From the human T2T-CHM13v2.0 reference genome, Homo sapiens, in NCBI RefSeq assembly GCF_009914755.1, contig NC_060937.1: a stretch of DNA of 64,000 bases; one strand, 5' to 3'. Under the pieces are notes generated by a model. It did not search any database. It worked only from the letters and a program-made list of their open reading frames with translations, and was not told where the DNA came from. The position numbers and the translations under genes were made by a program. Below, piece by piece: positions 27,510-40,691 of the stretch. Positions within the stretch are counted from its first letter, which is position 1; the number at the start of each line of letters is the position of its first letter.

Positions 27510-28072
27510 TGACAGTGGCAGTAGGCGGACAAATCCTAGGCAGACAGGAGTGAGTCCCCAGTGAAACCCAATCTTTAAAACTCTTCCCTAATTTGGATTT
27601 TTATACTGCCATGCCCACCTTTAAGTGGTGCCTTTGTTTCAGCCTTTTTTTTTTTTTTTGCATACTCACAAATCAATCAGCCTGCACTCCCCCGTTAAAA
27701 GCCCTGGACCCAGTCATACGCAGAGAGAGACCACCAAACTTCGGGTAGGGAACCACTGGTGTGTTCCCTCTCCACTGAGTGCTGTTCCATCACTCAATAA
27801 AATTCTTCTCTGTCCTCATTACCCTTCAATCGTCAGTGTAATCTCATTCTTCTTGGATGTGAGAAAAGAACTCGGGAACCCCCAAACCCGGGTATGAGTG
27901 CACACCCAGCCCAGTTGCAGGCTGAGCCAGTGCATGATCCAGGTGCAGCCTGGTGAGCCGATTGGGTGAGCACCTCCTGGGCAGGTCCTGGACCAAGTGA
28001 GGCCTGGATGGGGGGTGTCACCAGCAGTGGAGGTTCCCGGCTGGCAAAGTGGCCAAGAAAAATCTTGCATCA
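27510..28072 (+). mobile_element. ERV1 solo LTR, LTR27/LTR28-like
   Basis: TG...CA ends; tgacagtggcagtaggcggacaaatcctaggcagacagg start; AATAAA at about 27796; gaaaaatcttgcatca end. Confidence 0.75.
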
Positions 28073-30162
28073 CTTCTAGGCTCTAAATCCTTGAAAGAGA
28101 ATATAGAAAATGTGATTGGTATAAGCGGAAATTGATCCTTTTTTTTCTTGTATTACTCTTGTTGGATTCAGGTAGCATAAAGAGATTTAGAAGTTAATCC
28201 TTCGCTTTGTTTTTTGAGCATTTGTGTATAATTTTGTCTGAAAAGTAAAATGACCTAGCTCTTGAATATTTGCTAAAGTATAACTGTAAATTCATCTATT
28301 GTTGGTATTTTTGGTGATACTATTTAATTACTCTTTTATATATTAATGATTATAGGACTTTGAAAAATATCTACTAATATCCAAGGGTAACATGAATAAA
28401 TATCTCCAATAATTATTCCTGCAGGTGAATTATTTTTCCTATTTCATCTATTGAGTTATTTGGTAAGAAGTCTCCAATGTCTCCCACCTATCTCAGATAA
28501 TAGGCTAAAACCAGAAAAATTGTCTCAAGTCCATCATTATCCATTTGGTTTTAGACTTTTAAAAAAAGTATTAAATTGATATTCTCAACCTAATCAATGA
28601 TATTGGTGGATTGACACTGGATTGCAGTCGTTTATTTCTGTTCCTAGAAATTGCTATTATTTTGTTTCCTTGCCCTGGAAAGACAATAAGATATTCAGTT
28701 ATGTCTTCAAGAAGTTTTCAGTTTAGTTCATCTTCAAAATTTGGCAAATATCTTGATTAACAGATGTGCCACATGTTTCTGGCCAATTCAGTCACAAATT
28801 TTATTTCTGTAAACATGAGAAAATGCAAAATCTCTGCTGATTTATCAGTCCCTCTTCTGTCAGAGACCAAGTCTTGATTCTTGATCTCTACATACACATG
28901 GAATCAGGAAGTTACCTCCAGGGGAAAAGTGACTATAGTTCCTCAGAGTCTAGGACTTTAAAATCATCTTTGTTTAAGGTCTTCATTCCCCCCACCAATT
29001 GCAACAGTGGATCTTTGGTTTTTAAACACCTATCTTTTATACTCTAGGAGATTTTGCTTTGACTTTCAGAAGCTTTATACCCAGCCTTTCAACCTTTTCC
29101 ATAGTCTTAGAATAAAGAAAATGTCTTGTGGAGCAAAGGGTCATACATATGGGTCAAATGTGTAGGTTATCCTGGTCTCTAGATTGTCACTGTTGCCCTA
29201 TGTGATGACAAAAACCTTTCTTGGATTCTCTTTCTCCTATATTGATTCTTCCAGAAATCACATTTGTACTCGTTTATGAGTATATGATACAATATAATTT
29301 TGTACTCACTAAGGACAGTTTCCCTGAGGGAGGATACATAAAGAGCATCCTCTGATGACCAATGATCCTTCATGTGCCACCTTAGTGTAGTGACATATTG
29401 GAATCATTTAGAAGATCTTCCCTTTAACAATGACAACTACAAAACAAACAAGCAAACAAACAAAAAATGTAACCATTGAATTCATAGAATGGGGTCTTTT
29501 GAGTAGGAAAGTGGAGGATCAATTGGAAGCATATATTACACGCTTTGAGTAATTTAAGGAGTCTTTCCTTGGTTCTAAATAGGAATGGAATGGAACTGAA
29601 GATAAAAAGAACCTTTGTTTTAATTATTAAAAAGTGATGTGAGGCAAACTATACAAATAATCTTTGAAAGTAAATCTCAGTCTGTGCACAGAAGGGCACC
29701 ACATAAATTGCCAGGTATAGTTGGGCTACTCTGGTTTGGATCTTTCACAATTTGCTAATATGCAAGCGGTCTTTCTTCTAGAAGCTATACATTTTAAGGC
29801 CAACTCATTTTCACTAGTAATAACACAAATAAATAAAATACACATTCTCTTCTAGTAAAACATGGGTTTACAAAGACCTAATGTTGCTTTTAAGTGTGAT
29901 TAATTGTGAAATCTCTTTTCTTCCATTGCATTCATTTAGCCTACTCCTCTACAATCCCATGTGACCAACAGAGAAATCCCAGCTGTACTTTGAAGGGGAA
30001 AAGTCTTACTCTCTCACTCTAAAGAAGCCAGCATCTTACTCTATCAAATTCCTAACCTCATTCACCTTCTGTCTCTGCCTTCCTAGAATCAATTGAATTT
30101 ATTCTAAGAACATGGTACACTTCAGGATATTTACTCTTAAATCATTGAGATAATAAAAAAAC

Positions 30163-30240
30163 TTTTTAAAAAAATTTTACTTAAATTTCTGGGATACATG
30201 TGCAGAACGTGCAGATTTGTTACAGAATTATACATGTGCA
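30163..30240 (-). mobile_element. Short L1PA 3' end
   Basis: ttctgggatacatgtgcagaacgtgcagatttgttaca matches the reverse-complemented L1PA 3' terminus. Confidence 0.85.
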
Positions 30241-30723
30241 ATCTTACTTAAAAAAAAAAAGCTAGATGTGATTCTCCAAGGGAGAAACAAAACCCTTTAA
30301 GGTTTCAAGCAAGTAACCAGTTCTGAGTCAGGACTCTTCTGGTTGGCAGCTTCCCTGGAATATGATTGCAGTGGGAACTGAAATAACTGGATACACAGAA
30401 CTGCAATGCCAAGGCGTTTGAACATGTTAACAATGAATGAGGAAGATCATTCTCCCAGGGGTAAGAATTCTTGTATTGTGTTCTGGTATCTGGACAAAGA
30501 AAATTGAACCTCAGCATTCAAATAGAAGCATCCGATGATTTCATTTCAAAGCAGAATTAAAACATTCCAGGGGTTGTGCAAAGCAAACTACATAGACTTA
30601 TAAAGAAAGTGTTAGAATGTCTATTTCTACTTATTTTTATTTTTAAAATATAACCATTGAGTTGTTTAAGGCTTTAGTGCACTAATTGACATGTCAATAT
30701 TACTCTGGTCTATTTCACATCAG

Positions 30724-30809
30724 TTGTTGCCTTTATGATGGAGGATTTGGCAGAAAAGCAGAATTTCTTCAACGTAGAAGAGCTGAAGGAGCATCTTCAC
30801 GGGCTTCAG
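30724..30809 (+). other. Candidate spliced exon (86 nt), possibly lncRNA
   Basis: Acceptor tatttcacatcAG with upstream ACTAAT; purine-rich body; donor CAG|GTACTG, alternative CAA|GTAAGT at 30903/30904. Confidence 0.3.
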
Positions 30810-33800
30810 GTACTGAGGAATATTTCATGTATAGTTCCATAATTAATAGATGTAAGAGTTAATCACTCAGTTTTAACTAAACTAACCCACATAAAATGGA
30901 CAAGTAAGTTAAAAAAGATTTCTACAACATATGGGTTGTTAATAATCTCAAGGATTTAAGCACAGGCAGAAAACAAGATTATAGTTGGAGTAGACAATTT
31001 ACTGCTCAAAGCTATCTTTGTCTGCCTCATTCTGAGGTAAAACATTCGTGGCATAACTGTATCTAATAACTTTTATAAATAAAATTTAATTTTATCAGAA
31101 ATATAGTTTTGAAAATTAGATTTACACTCATGGACATTAATAGCCTTACCTTAAAATGTATATTTTTCTTTGGGAAATTAGCTATCATTAATTTTATGCC
31201 ACTATTATTAGACTGATATCTTACTAATTTATGTTTATGTGAATGCCTTATTAGATATATAATCTATTAGTACAGAAGTTCATGTATACACTCTATACTT
31301 CAATAAATATACACATACTATATTGGAGAGGTGTAATCTAAAAGTGTAGAGACAAATTTAGAATACCTAAACCTAATATGGAAATATATAAATTTCTCAT
31401 TTTCAAGCAAACATTTTCAGACCGTGAATGGATATTCAAACTGCTTATTTCAGAAAAATGCAGTAAAGCAAATATTGATCATTTCTAAAGATAAGAAGTA
31501 GATGTAAAACTTCCAAGTAATTTCCTACAAAGTCATTAAAATTATCCAAACAAGTAACTCCATCATCTTGAAATTTAGTTAATTTGCAAATTTTCATCTG
31601 GACTGCATAGATTCATATTTACAGTTACATTTTATGGCAGTGAGAAGAAAAGAAGGCTGGATTGATCAAACGTAAGACCACCTTGATGTGAAAACCTAAT
31701 TCTCCTTTCAAATACATAGCTAGAAAGTTCAGAGATGTTAAAAATCTTTAAGTTAGTGCTGTAGACAGTGTAAGGGGATCAAAGTTATAGCTTAAAGTAT
31801 TTTCTTTGATTAGGAAGATACTGGATTCCAAATGCTTTACATATACTCTTTTACAATAATCGATAATATTAATACCATTTCTCCACAACTGCCACCACCA
31901 ACAACAAAAGTGTGTGATATTGTATATTTCCAAACTAATACAAGTATATAACACAGATACAGTTTGAGTCTATCTCTCCCTGGCTTTAATCCTCATCATT
32001 TTCAACAACTTCAATAGTGCTCAAACCATTCTGCCAAAGCACAAAGGTCCTCAGGAAATACTTTAAACTCTGCAATAATGATAGTAGTAGTAAATTATAA
32101 TTAACTTGATTTTACTCTCTGGTCATTTTTATATGTATAATTCTCTTCAATATTAGATTTTCCCATTACAAATGTTGAAATAAGGGGTTCTATCTGTTTC
32201 CAGTAAAACATGGTAACCCAATACTTTGCAAGTCCTAATTCTCCTGTATGTGCTGGAAATAATCTCATAGAATTTAAATAAATGGATACAAGTGTTTGTT
32301 AGGCACATATTTCTCAGTATTTGGAAACAAACTGAGGAACTGGAGATGTTGATAAGAAAATGAATAATGCATCCATTCCTGATGAAATTTTCCAGACAAA
32401 ATAAATACAATCTCAGAAGAAAAAAAAAAGCTATTTAAATTGGTAGTTTTTAATGGTAAAATAAAACAAACCTTACCAAAATCACATTATTAAGCAAACA
32501 TACCCTGTACTGCTTTGTAGAGTACTTACATATTTTGATTGCCACTTATAAATTACAATTTTTTTGTTCTATTCTGTCTCTATTGACAAAAGTTTTGGGT
32601 TAAATTCAGTTGGATTATAAAGCTAAAAAGGGGAGCAAATGTTTTAAAATGTCCTCTAAGTTTAAATAACTCAATTTAGAAAACCATAAAATCTCATTTA
32701 CATCAAACATTTTCAAGCTGCAAGTGGATATTAAGGCTGTTTATTTCAGGAATATTCAATAAAGGTGCAAAAATCCTGGCAGTTTTCAAAGAAAAGAAAT
32801 AGATATAAATCTTTGGAGCACATTCTTACAAAGACGTTAAAACTAACAAAACAGGTGACTGCATCATTCTGAAATTCAGTTCATTTGCAATTTTAATAAA
32901 ATGTTTTTATATAAATCTTTATGTTCCCTTTAAAATTAATATCAAAGCAACTATCTGCTTTTACTGTATTATCTTTTAAAATGGGAGACACAGAAAATCA
33001 GTAAATGAGGTTATATTACTAATTAGCATACTGTCTTCACTACCTATAGTACACTACAAAAAATGTGGCTTCCATTTTATCACATAGATGAAACAGTTAT
33101 CTTTCAGGGTTTGAAATTTCTGTGATCTTTATGCTTAATAAGCTCAGTAAAAGGCATTCAAATTACATCACTTTTGTCTTGGAAGTTAAATTGGGAAATA
33201 TTGCATTCTCTGAGATGATAAACTCTGCTGAAGATAAATTATCATGAGAAATAGTTTTAATTGATTTACCATAATAAAAGTTATGTGACTTTGAAGTGCA
33301 AATGACACATTAAAATGAATCTACAGTATGTTGATAATAAAGTGGCTTCTTTGTTAATGGAATTACTGACACTGCAGATGCTTTCAGGAGCGATGTCTTC
33401 TACTGTTAATCAAGAGACTTCAATGTAAAATGAATGTGCTGTTTACTTAAATCCAGCCCAACTTTCTCGCTTCTTCCTTCAGAGTAGGTCAATTTTAAGG
33501 ACCAAATATCAAAAATTCTAACCATCACAGAGTCAATATTTTTGCTATTGCACTTCTGCTTTTCTCTGATCATCTTGACTACGTGCCTACATTCTTTCTG
33601 TGTAAGTAAATCCAAAAGACTGTCAGAGAAAAGGACAGTGACAAAGTCCACAGTTAAGTTCAAGTTTAGATGCCTACATAAGTGTAAACTAGTGACATTT
33701 TTTCCATAATATAAATTCAAAAAAATTTTGAACAGTAAGATGCAAAAAAAGTGAATATTTTAGAGTTTGGGTTGTTTTTTTTAATTAAAGGAATAAAGTA

Positions 33801-35796
33801 TTTCAAATTTACTTGGTAGTTGAATACAATCATTTTGTTTAAAGCAACTACATTTTGTAATCTGAGAAACTTTCTCAATCACCTCCTATGAAAAATCCAT
33901 TTTAGCCAAACTGTAGGAATAATTTGAATATGCTATTGTTTCATTTAGTTGCCAATTGTGTTAATTATATAACATCAATTATCAATATTTGATTCTACTT
34001 AATGAGTAGCAGTGTATGCAAGTATTTTTCAGTACTGTCAATCTCTGTTTTGTAAGTGAACAGCAAATGGAAATCTCCTGCCATTCTTATTTTTCAAAAA
34101 ATGTGCAGTGTTTTTTCTGGGGAGGTGTGGAGGGTGATGAGACCGAAATGCAGACTTCCACTGTTGTTTCAGTGCCGTGCTTGGTGAGTGTTACTAGAGC
34201 AACTGAGAGTGAACAGGATTAAACACCAGTTTATTTGCTCAAGAACACGCTGAAGAATAATCTTGTAGTGACATAAAGAGGATTAATATCAACAGGAATT
34301 ATAAATATGAGTTAATATATAGCTCTGACTTACATTAATTTTACTTTGTTTCAATAATTAACACAAATTTCTTATTTACTAAATTCTTTATACTAAATTT
34401 ACTATGACGTATCCACTCATCTTGTGTTACATAAATTAATGACAAATTATAAGGCTCTATGTTTTAAAGTTCTTTCAAACAGGAGAAAAACTACAAGCGT
34501 TATAAATAATACTGGTGTCTGAGATAATAATTTGGCATACTATGTGAATAGATTCTAAGAAAAATAAGCCTGAATGAAAGTAATAATGTTTATGTGAAAA
34601 TTGTAAACTGGCTATAAAAATTTTTCTAAAATGTGTGATTTCAAAAGTGTTATATAAAGACTAGGTAACCATAATTTTATTAGAGCCATTTTTAAATCAC
34701 GTAATATACTGTTAGAACTATATTATTTGACTAAAACTGGAACACACTTCAGTAAAAAAAGCAAATATTTGCTATTTAAAAATAGAAAATATCCCAAAGT
34801 ATATTAATATTGGATTTGTTTAAAAATCTATGAATCTTTATTGATAATTATATTATCTTGATGGAATTTATTCCTTAAAATTTTATTATTTAATCTCAGA
34901 AAATAGTGTGCTGTGGTTAAAATCATAGAGGCAAACATCAGAAGTTTTCTTGCATGCATTAATTTACCAATTTGCACTGCTCATGCATTCTTTATCCTTT
35001 CAACCTGGAAAGCTTCTATCTGATTTTTTAGTGGCTGTTTAAACAAAAATAGATGTTTATCTCTTTAAAATTTTGCCAGGAAGCTGTCACTTTCCCATTT
35101 ACTCAAGCTATGTTGTGACAGAATGTGTCAGCTTCTCACACAAATGAAAAGAGATATAGACCTGTATTTACTTTAGCTGAAAAATAAGTAGTCATCAATT
35201 CAGAGAAAAGTGTTTTCCCAGCTGAAAAGATGAAGTAAATAGGAGTGGTTGAGAGAATCAAGTATTTTCTAATACTTAAAAGGCAGATGTAAACCAAACA
35301 TACAGCGCTGATTCACTTTTGGTTATCATATTGAAAGTAGATAATCTTGTGGTATGTAAAAGTTGGTACTTTGTCTCTTTTGTAGTTTATGATTTTGCCT
35401 TAAAACGATAAAAACATTTAGGCAGTTAACTTTCCCACATTTTTTTTCCTATGCAGGCTAAAAGCCTCAGAAATTTAAATGAAAATAAGAAAAAATAATC
35501 TTTAAGAAATAGTTTTTGGAATTATGTTAGATTCAAAACAAACTTAATTGGGAGAAAAAGATGGTTGAATTAAGAGTAATGATTTCACCATATAGTTAAC
35601 ATTAAATGTATATTTAAGTATACTCTTTTTCACTAAAATGTCTCATTTTTGGGAATTTCTCAGGATAAAACTTCATGGAAAATATTACTGAAATGTACCA
35701 GAAAGCAACGGTATTGACACTAAACCAAAGATAACATGTAGTGATGGGCTTTTGCTCAAGACCGATTAGAGTTGCACAATTAAATTAAAAGCAACA

Positions 35797-35892
35797 TTTT
35801 TTTTTTTGAGATGGAGTTTTGTTCTTGTAGCCAAGGCTGGAGTGCAATGGCACGATCTCTGCTTACTGCAATTCTCCTGCCTCAGCCTCTCG
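35797..35892 (-). mobile_element. 5'-truncated AluS right-arm fragment with internal deletion
   Basis: polyT + gagatggagttttgttcttg...; TSD aaaagcaac(c)attttt on both sides. Confidence 0.9.
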
Positions 35893-35989
35893 AAAAGCAA
35901 CCATTTTTAATAGCTCAAAAGGAGCAACCTTACCCAAGAGAAGAAAAAAAATTAAATTAGACACTTCTGTGTGTAACAATCAGCCTCTG

Positions 35990-36080
35990 GCTAGATGTTT
36001 GAATTCTGTCGATTTTTTGACCACAACATACTTACATTTTTAAAGTGTCTGTGTTTCCTCATCTGTTAACGGAACAAAAT
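35990..36080 (+). mobile_element. MIR fragment
   Basis: gtgtctgtgtttcctcatctgttaa. Confidence 0.55.
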
Positions 36081-36279
36081 ATTTAAAATCAACCTTTCTT
36101 GCACAACATCATGGCTTCCCTGAAATTTGAATGACCTTACTTTTGCTTATGCTTAGATTTTAAACCTAATGTATTCCCAAATTCTCCTTAGTACCTTAAA
36201 TTTTCTCTTAGATCTCTCAAATACCTCAAGTATTAAATCACTTCCTCTTTCTGAAGAGTGGATCTCACTTGCTGTTTTT

Positions 36280-36580
36280 GGTGCACAGCATGCAATATAG
36301 ACTCATCCTTCTTTATCACCCTCAGGGGTAACTTTCTCACTTTCTGAAGATAGACCCCCTTTTTCCTGGATGAGTTCTCATGGTTTTCTTGATCTGATCA
36401 CTCACCTTGGGGAAACACATCCTTCAGTAGTTTTCTAAGATAGAATACAAGGGAAGCACATTTTTTTGAGACTTCTCATGTCTGAAAATAGTATTTTGTT
36501 AACCTCATATTTAATAGATAATTCATCTTGTCATACAACTAGAGGTTTGAACTATTTTTCACTATGAACTCTAAAGGTCC
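36280..36580 (-). mobile_element. Old L1/HAL1 fragment
   Basis: ttttttgagacttctcatgtctgaaaat...cctcatatttaatagataatt. Confidence 0.55.
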
Positions 36581-38309
36581 TCCATAAATAGGATCTAGAG
36601 AAGGATGTATTCCTGAAAGACAAACATTTACTGGCTATTTTTTAGTCTGTTGTTTTGTTTTGTTTTGTTTTAACTAAATGCATTTCAAATCTATGCACAG
36701 CTTAGACAGTATGAATCTAAAACCTGACTCTTTGAGATGTAAGACAGAGACAAAGACAATCAGAGAAGCTAGACATTTATGAGGCATTATATAGAAACAA
36801 AGATAACAAAGAGAGGCTAAGACCAAAATCTGTGTATAAACTATACCCAAACAGCTGGCTGACTATCAAACTATGCAGCTATAGGGCAAAATTCTAAGGA
36901 CCAGAGTAAAATCATATTAGAATAAAATAAGCAGAAAATGAGAAATTAGCAGATGTATCAACTTCTACACCATAGGGAAGAAAACAGAGTTTATAGTTTG
37001 AGTAGGTCAAATGCCAAACAGAACAAAAAAATGTGAATCCTCTGAAAAGTATGACAGAATCTAGAGTCACTGATCTTATCCATCATGTCTAGTTTTCAAC
37101 CAATATTACATAGACATCCAAAGAAACAGAAAAGTGTGACCTGTACTTGGGATAAAAGGCAGTCTGCAGAAACTGACTTCAAGTGGATCCAGACATTGCA
37201 GGTAGCAAGACAAGACTTAAAGCAGCTTTTATAAGTATGTTCAAATTATTTTTTTAAAAAGACCCTAATGCAGGGACAAATAGAAGACTTTGATAGATAA
37301 AATGTTGCAAAAAGAAACACTAAGGCTGACTAGTACAATAACTGAAATAAAATAATGTTAGACAGTCATGACAGACATGGAAATAGCCAAATAAAGAATG
37401 AGGTTTTTGAAGATAAATCGAAATAAGTTATTCAATCCAGAAAACAGAGGAAAAGGAATTAAAACTGAAATGAGCCTGAAAGACATATAACATAATATCA
37501 GGTGATTTTTAAGCAAAATTTAAATCCCAGAATGATGGAAGACAGAAAGAGACAGCTAAAATACCTGAAAAAAGTAATGACTGAAAATTTCCCTAAAAAA
37601 ATTTTTTAATCACTCCTTAGTATTACTGAAAGGTTAAGAAAAAAAAATCGTAATAGTTACTAGAGAAAATCCCTTTATATACAAAAATAGTTTGTTTACA
37701 GAAGAAAGCAATATGATTAATGGCTTTTTAAAATGACAGACAATTGTAACATAATAACATGCAATGTATTCTGAAAGGAAAAGTATAATTTGTCAACTAA
37801 AACTTTTGAATCCAGCAAATTTGTTTTCAAAAAATGAAAATGATGTGAAGACATGGACATATAAACAAAAAGCTGAAAGAACTAAGCATCAGGCTAAAGA
37901 AAATGATGCCAGATGGTGAGATGAATATGAATGAACAGCACAGGAAATGGTAAGCAATGGGCAAATATAAATAAATAAACACACACACACTCACACGTAG
38001 CACACACATATACTTTGCCTTTTCTTTCCTAAAATCATGTAACTGCAAAAGCAAAAATTATAGCACTATATAGTTGTGCAGGTAGATAAAATGCAAGTGA
38101 AAAAATAATAATGGAATGAAGGTATAAACGGAAATAGAGCATTGCAAGCACATTTTAATATTTACCAGAAATAATTAAATATAAAGTGTAAGGAGAATAC
38201 ACTAAATTAAAGAAACATAACCTAACACCCAAAACAAACACAAAAATATAATGTAAATGTATATCTCTAGGATATCAACAGGGAATTTCAGAAGAATATT
38301 AAAAAGTTT

Positions 38310-38566
38310 AATACTGTATTTGTACTTACCTTTTCTATATTTATATATATTTAGATACCATTGTGTCATTATTGTCTACAGTATTTAGTATAGCATCATT
38401 CCGTTTTTTGCCTGGGAGCAATAGATCTTACCATAGAACCAAAGTGTGTGTGTGTGCACAGGTATAATTAGTTTTGTGTATGTTTATTCTATCATGTTTA
38501 CACAACAAAATCATCTAATGATGCATTTCTCAGAACTTATCCCTGTTGTTAAGCAGCTCATGACTA
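38310..38566 (-). mobile_element. Tigger3a (MER7-type), one end missing
   Basis: TIR atgcatttctcagaacttatccctgttgttaagcagctcatgacta. Confidence 0.85.
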
Positions 38567-38742
38567 TATAATATTTAAGTATACTGAATGTAAAAAGATG
38601 GAAAAAGATAACCTACAACCAGAAAGTATGAACATCTTGAGTAGTTAATATCAGAAAATAAAACTGAAATACAAGGAATATTATTAGAGACAGTAATCCA
38701 GGGTTATTAAATTATAATGAAATGTTGATGTATCTCAAAGTT

Positions 38743-39062
<320 letters not shown>

Positions 39063-40281
39063 TGTATCACAAAGTTTTAACAATTACATATGAATATATC
39101 TTATAACAGTTTTTGAATGCATGAAATAATAACTGACAGAACTAAAGGGAAATATTCATGACAGTTGGGAATTTTATCACCTTTGTTCCAGTAATTAATA
39201 TAAAAACTAAACAAAAGATCAGCCAGATTACACAAAACACCTTTACCTGATCACCACATAAATTGTGTGATATATTTTATTTTTAAATGAGCATTCACCA
39301 AGATAGATCATATGCTGTTTTATAAGTAAGCCTCTACATTTGAAAGAATAAAAATAATACAGCATATGTTCCTTGACAAATTCTAGTTTTGAAATAAAAT
39401 TTTAAAAGCATTAAACATTTGGAAATTATGCAAGACATCTCTAAACAATTCAAGGGTCAAAGAATAAATGATGTGGAAAATTAGTGTCTTGAATGATAAT
39501 AAATACCCAGAATATATCAAAATTTGTGATATGCAGTTAAAGCAATTCTTGGAATATTATTTATAGTTCTAAATGTTTTTATTAGTAAAAGAAAGTTTAA
39601 AACAAAAATGTGTGCTCCACCTTAGGAGTCTAGGAAAACAGGAGCCATTTAGCAATTTAAGACCAAAGTTAGTAAGTATAAGGAAAGAAAAAAATGAAGA
39701 ATGGGGATCAATTATATAGAAAATGTATAAACAATAAATAAAATTAATAAAACCTTAAGATGTTGATTTGAAAATATTCATAAAAATTGACACACCTGTG
39801 GCTCTGTTTTCAAACAATGAGATACAGAGAGAAGAGAAAAAATGCTACCAATATCAAGAATGAAGAAGGGGATAATATTTCAATTTCTAGAAGCACTTGG
39901 AAACGACTGTATGATAGGATAATATATTGGATTATAGTGGAATGTTCCATGAGTGCAACCAGACAGATACAGAAGAGGACATATTAAATCATTTCATTTA
40001 ATTGAAATATAGGAAAATGCAAATTAATCTTTAGTGGCTGAAAGCAGATCAGTCCTTAACTAAAGCTCAGATTGAGTTTGGGGCAGAATAATAAAAAGGA
40101 GCATGAGGGAAATTTGGGGGTGATGAGTATGTTTTGTGTCTTGATGCTGTATAGGTATGCATGGGTATATGAATTTGTCAAAATGGATCAAACTATACCT
40201 GAGAATGGATGTATTTTATTGTATGTAAATTTTTTATCAATAAAAGGTAGACACAGAAAATGTAATTTATAATTCATTATC

Positions 40282-40691
40282 TGTTAGGGGCTGAATTGTG
40301 TCACGCCAAAAACTCATATATTAATGTTCTAACTTCTGGTACTTCAGAATCTGATTATGTTTGAAGAGAGGGGCATTATAAAGGAAATTATGTTAAAACG
40401 TGGTCATTGTAGTGGGCCTTAATCTGATATGATTAATGTTCTTATAAGAAAAGGAAACTGGACGTAAGGAAGAAGGCAATGTAAAGACATAAGGAGAAAA
40501 AGGCCATCTACAAGCCAAGGACAGACACTCGGAACAGGTACTTCCCTCATGGCCCTCAGAAAAAATCATCACTCCTTGATACATTGATCTTAGACTATTA
40601 GCCTCCAGAACTTTAAAAAAAATGAATTTCTGTCATTTAAGCCATCCTACCTATGGTATTTTGTGATGGCAGGCCTAGCAAACAGATATAC
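40282..40691 (+). mobile_element. MLT1B LTR
   Basis: tgttaggggctgaattgtgtc...ggccatctacaagccaagga...tttctgtcatttaagcca. Confidence 0.88.

Noticed and set aside
25109-27553. Cluster of ORFs suggesting an operon-like locus
   Set aside because: All are fragments of the THE1B LTRs and the broken MaLR internal ORF.
33406-33720. 104-aa minus-strand ORF in unique DNA
   Set aside because: Starts at TTG rather than ATG, has no recognisable motif and no convincing splice boundaries; the length is compatible with chance.
34170-34195. Strong donor TTG|GTGAGT at about 34183
   Set aside because: No convincing paired acceptor or coding frame; isolated donors are common.
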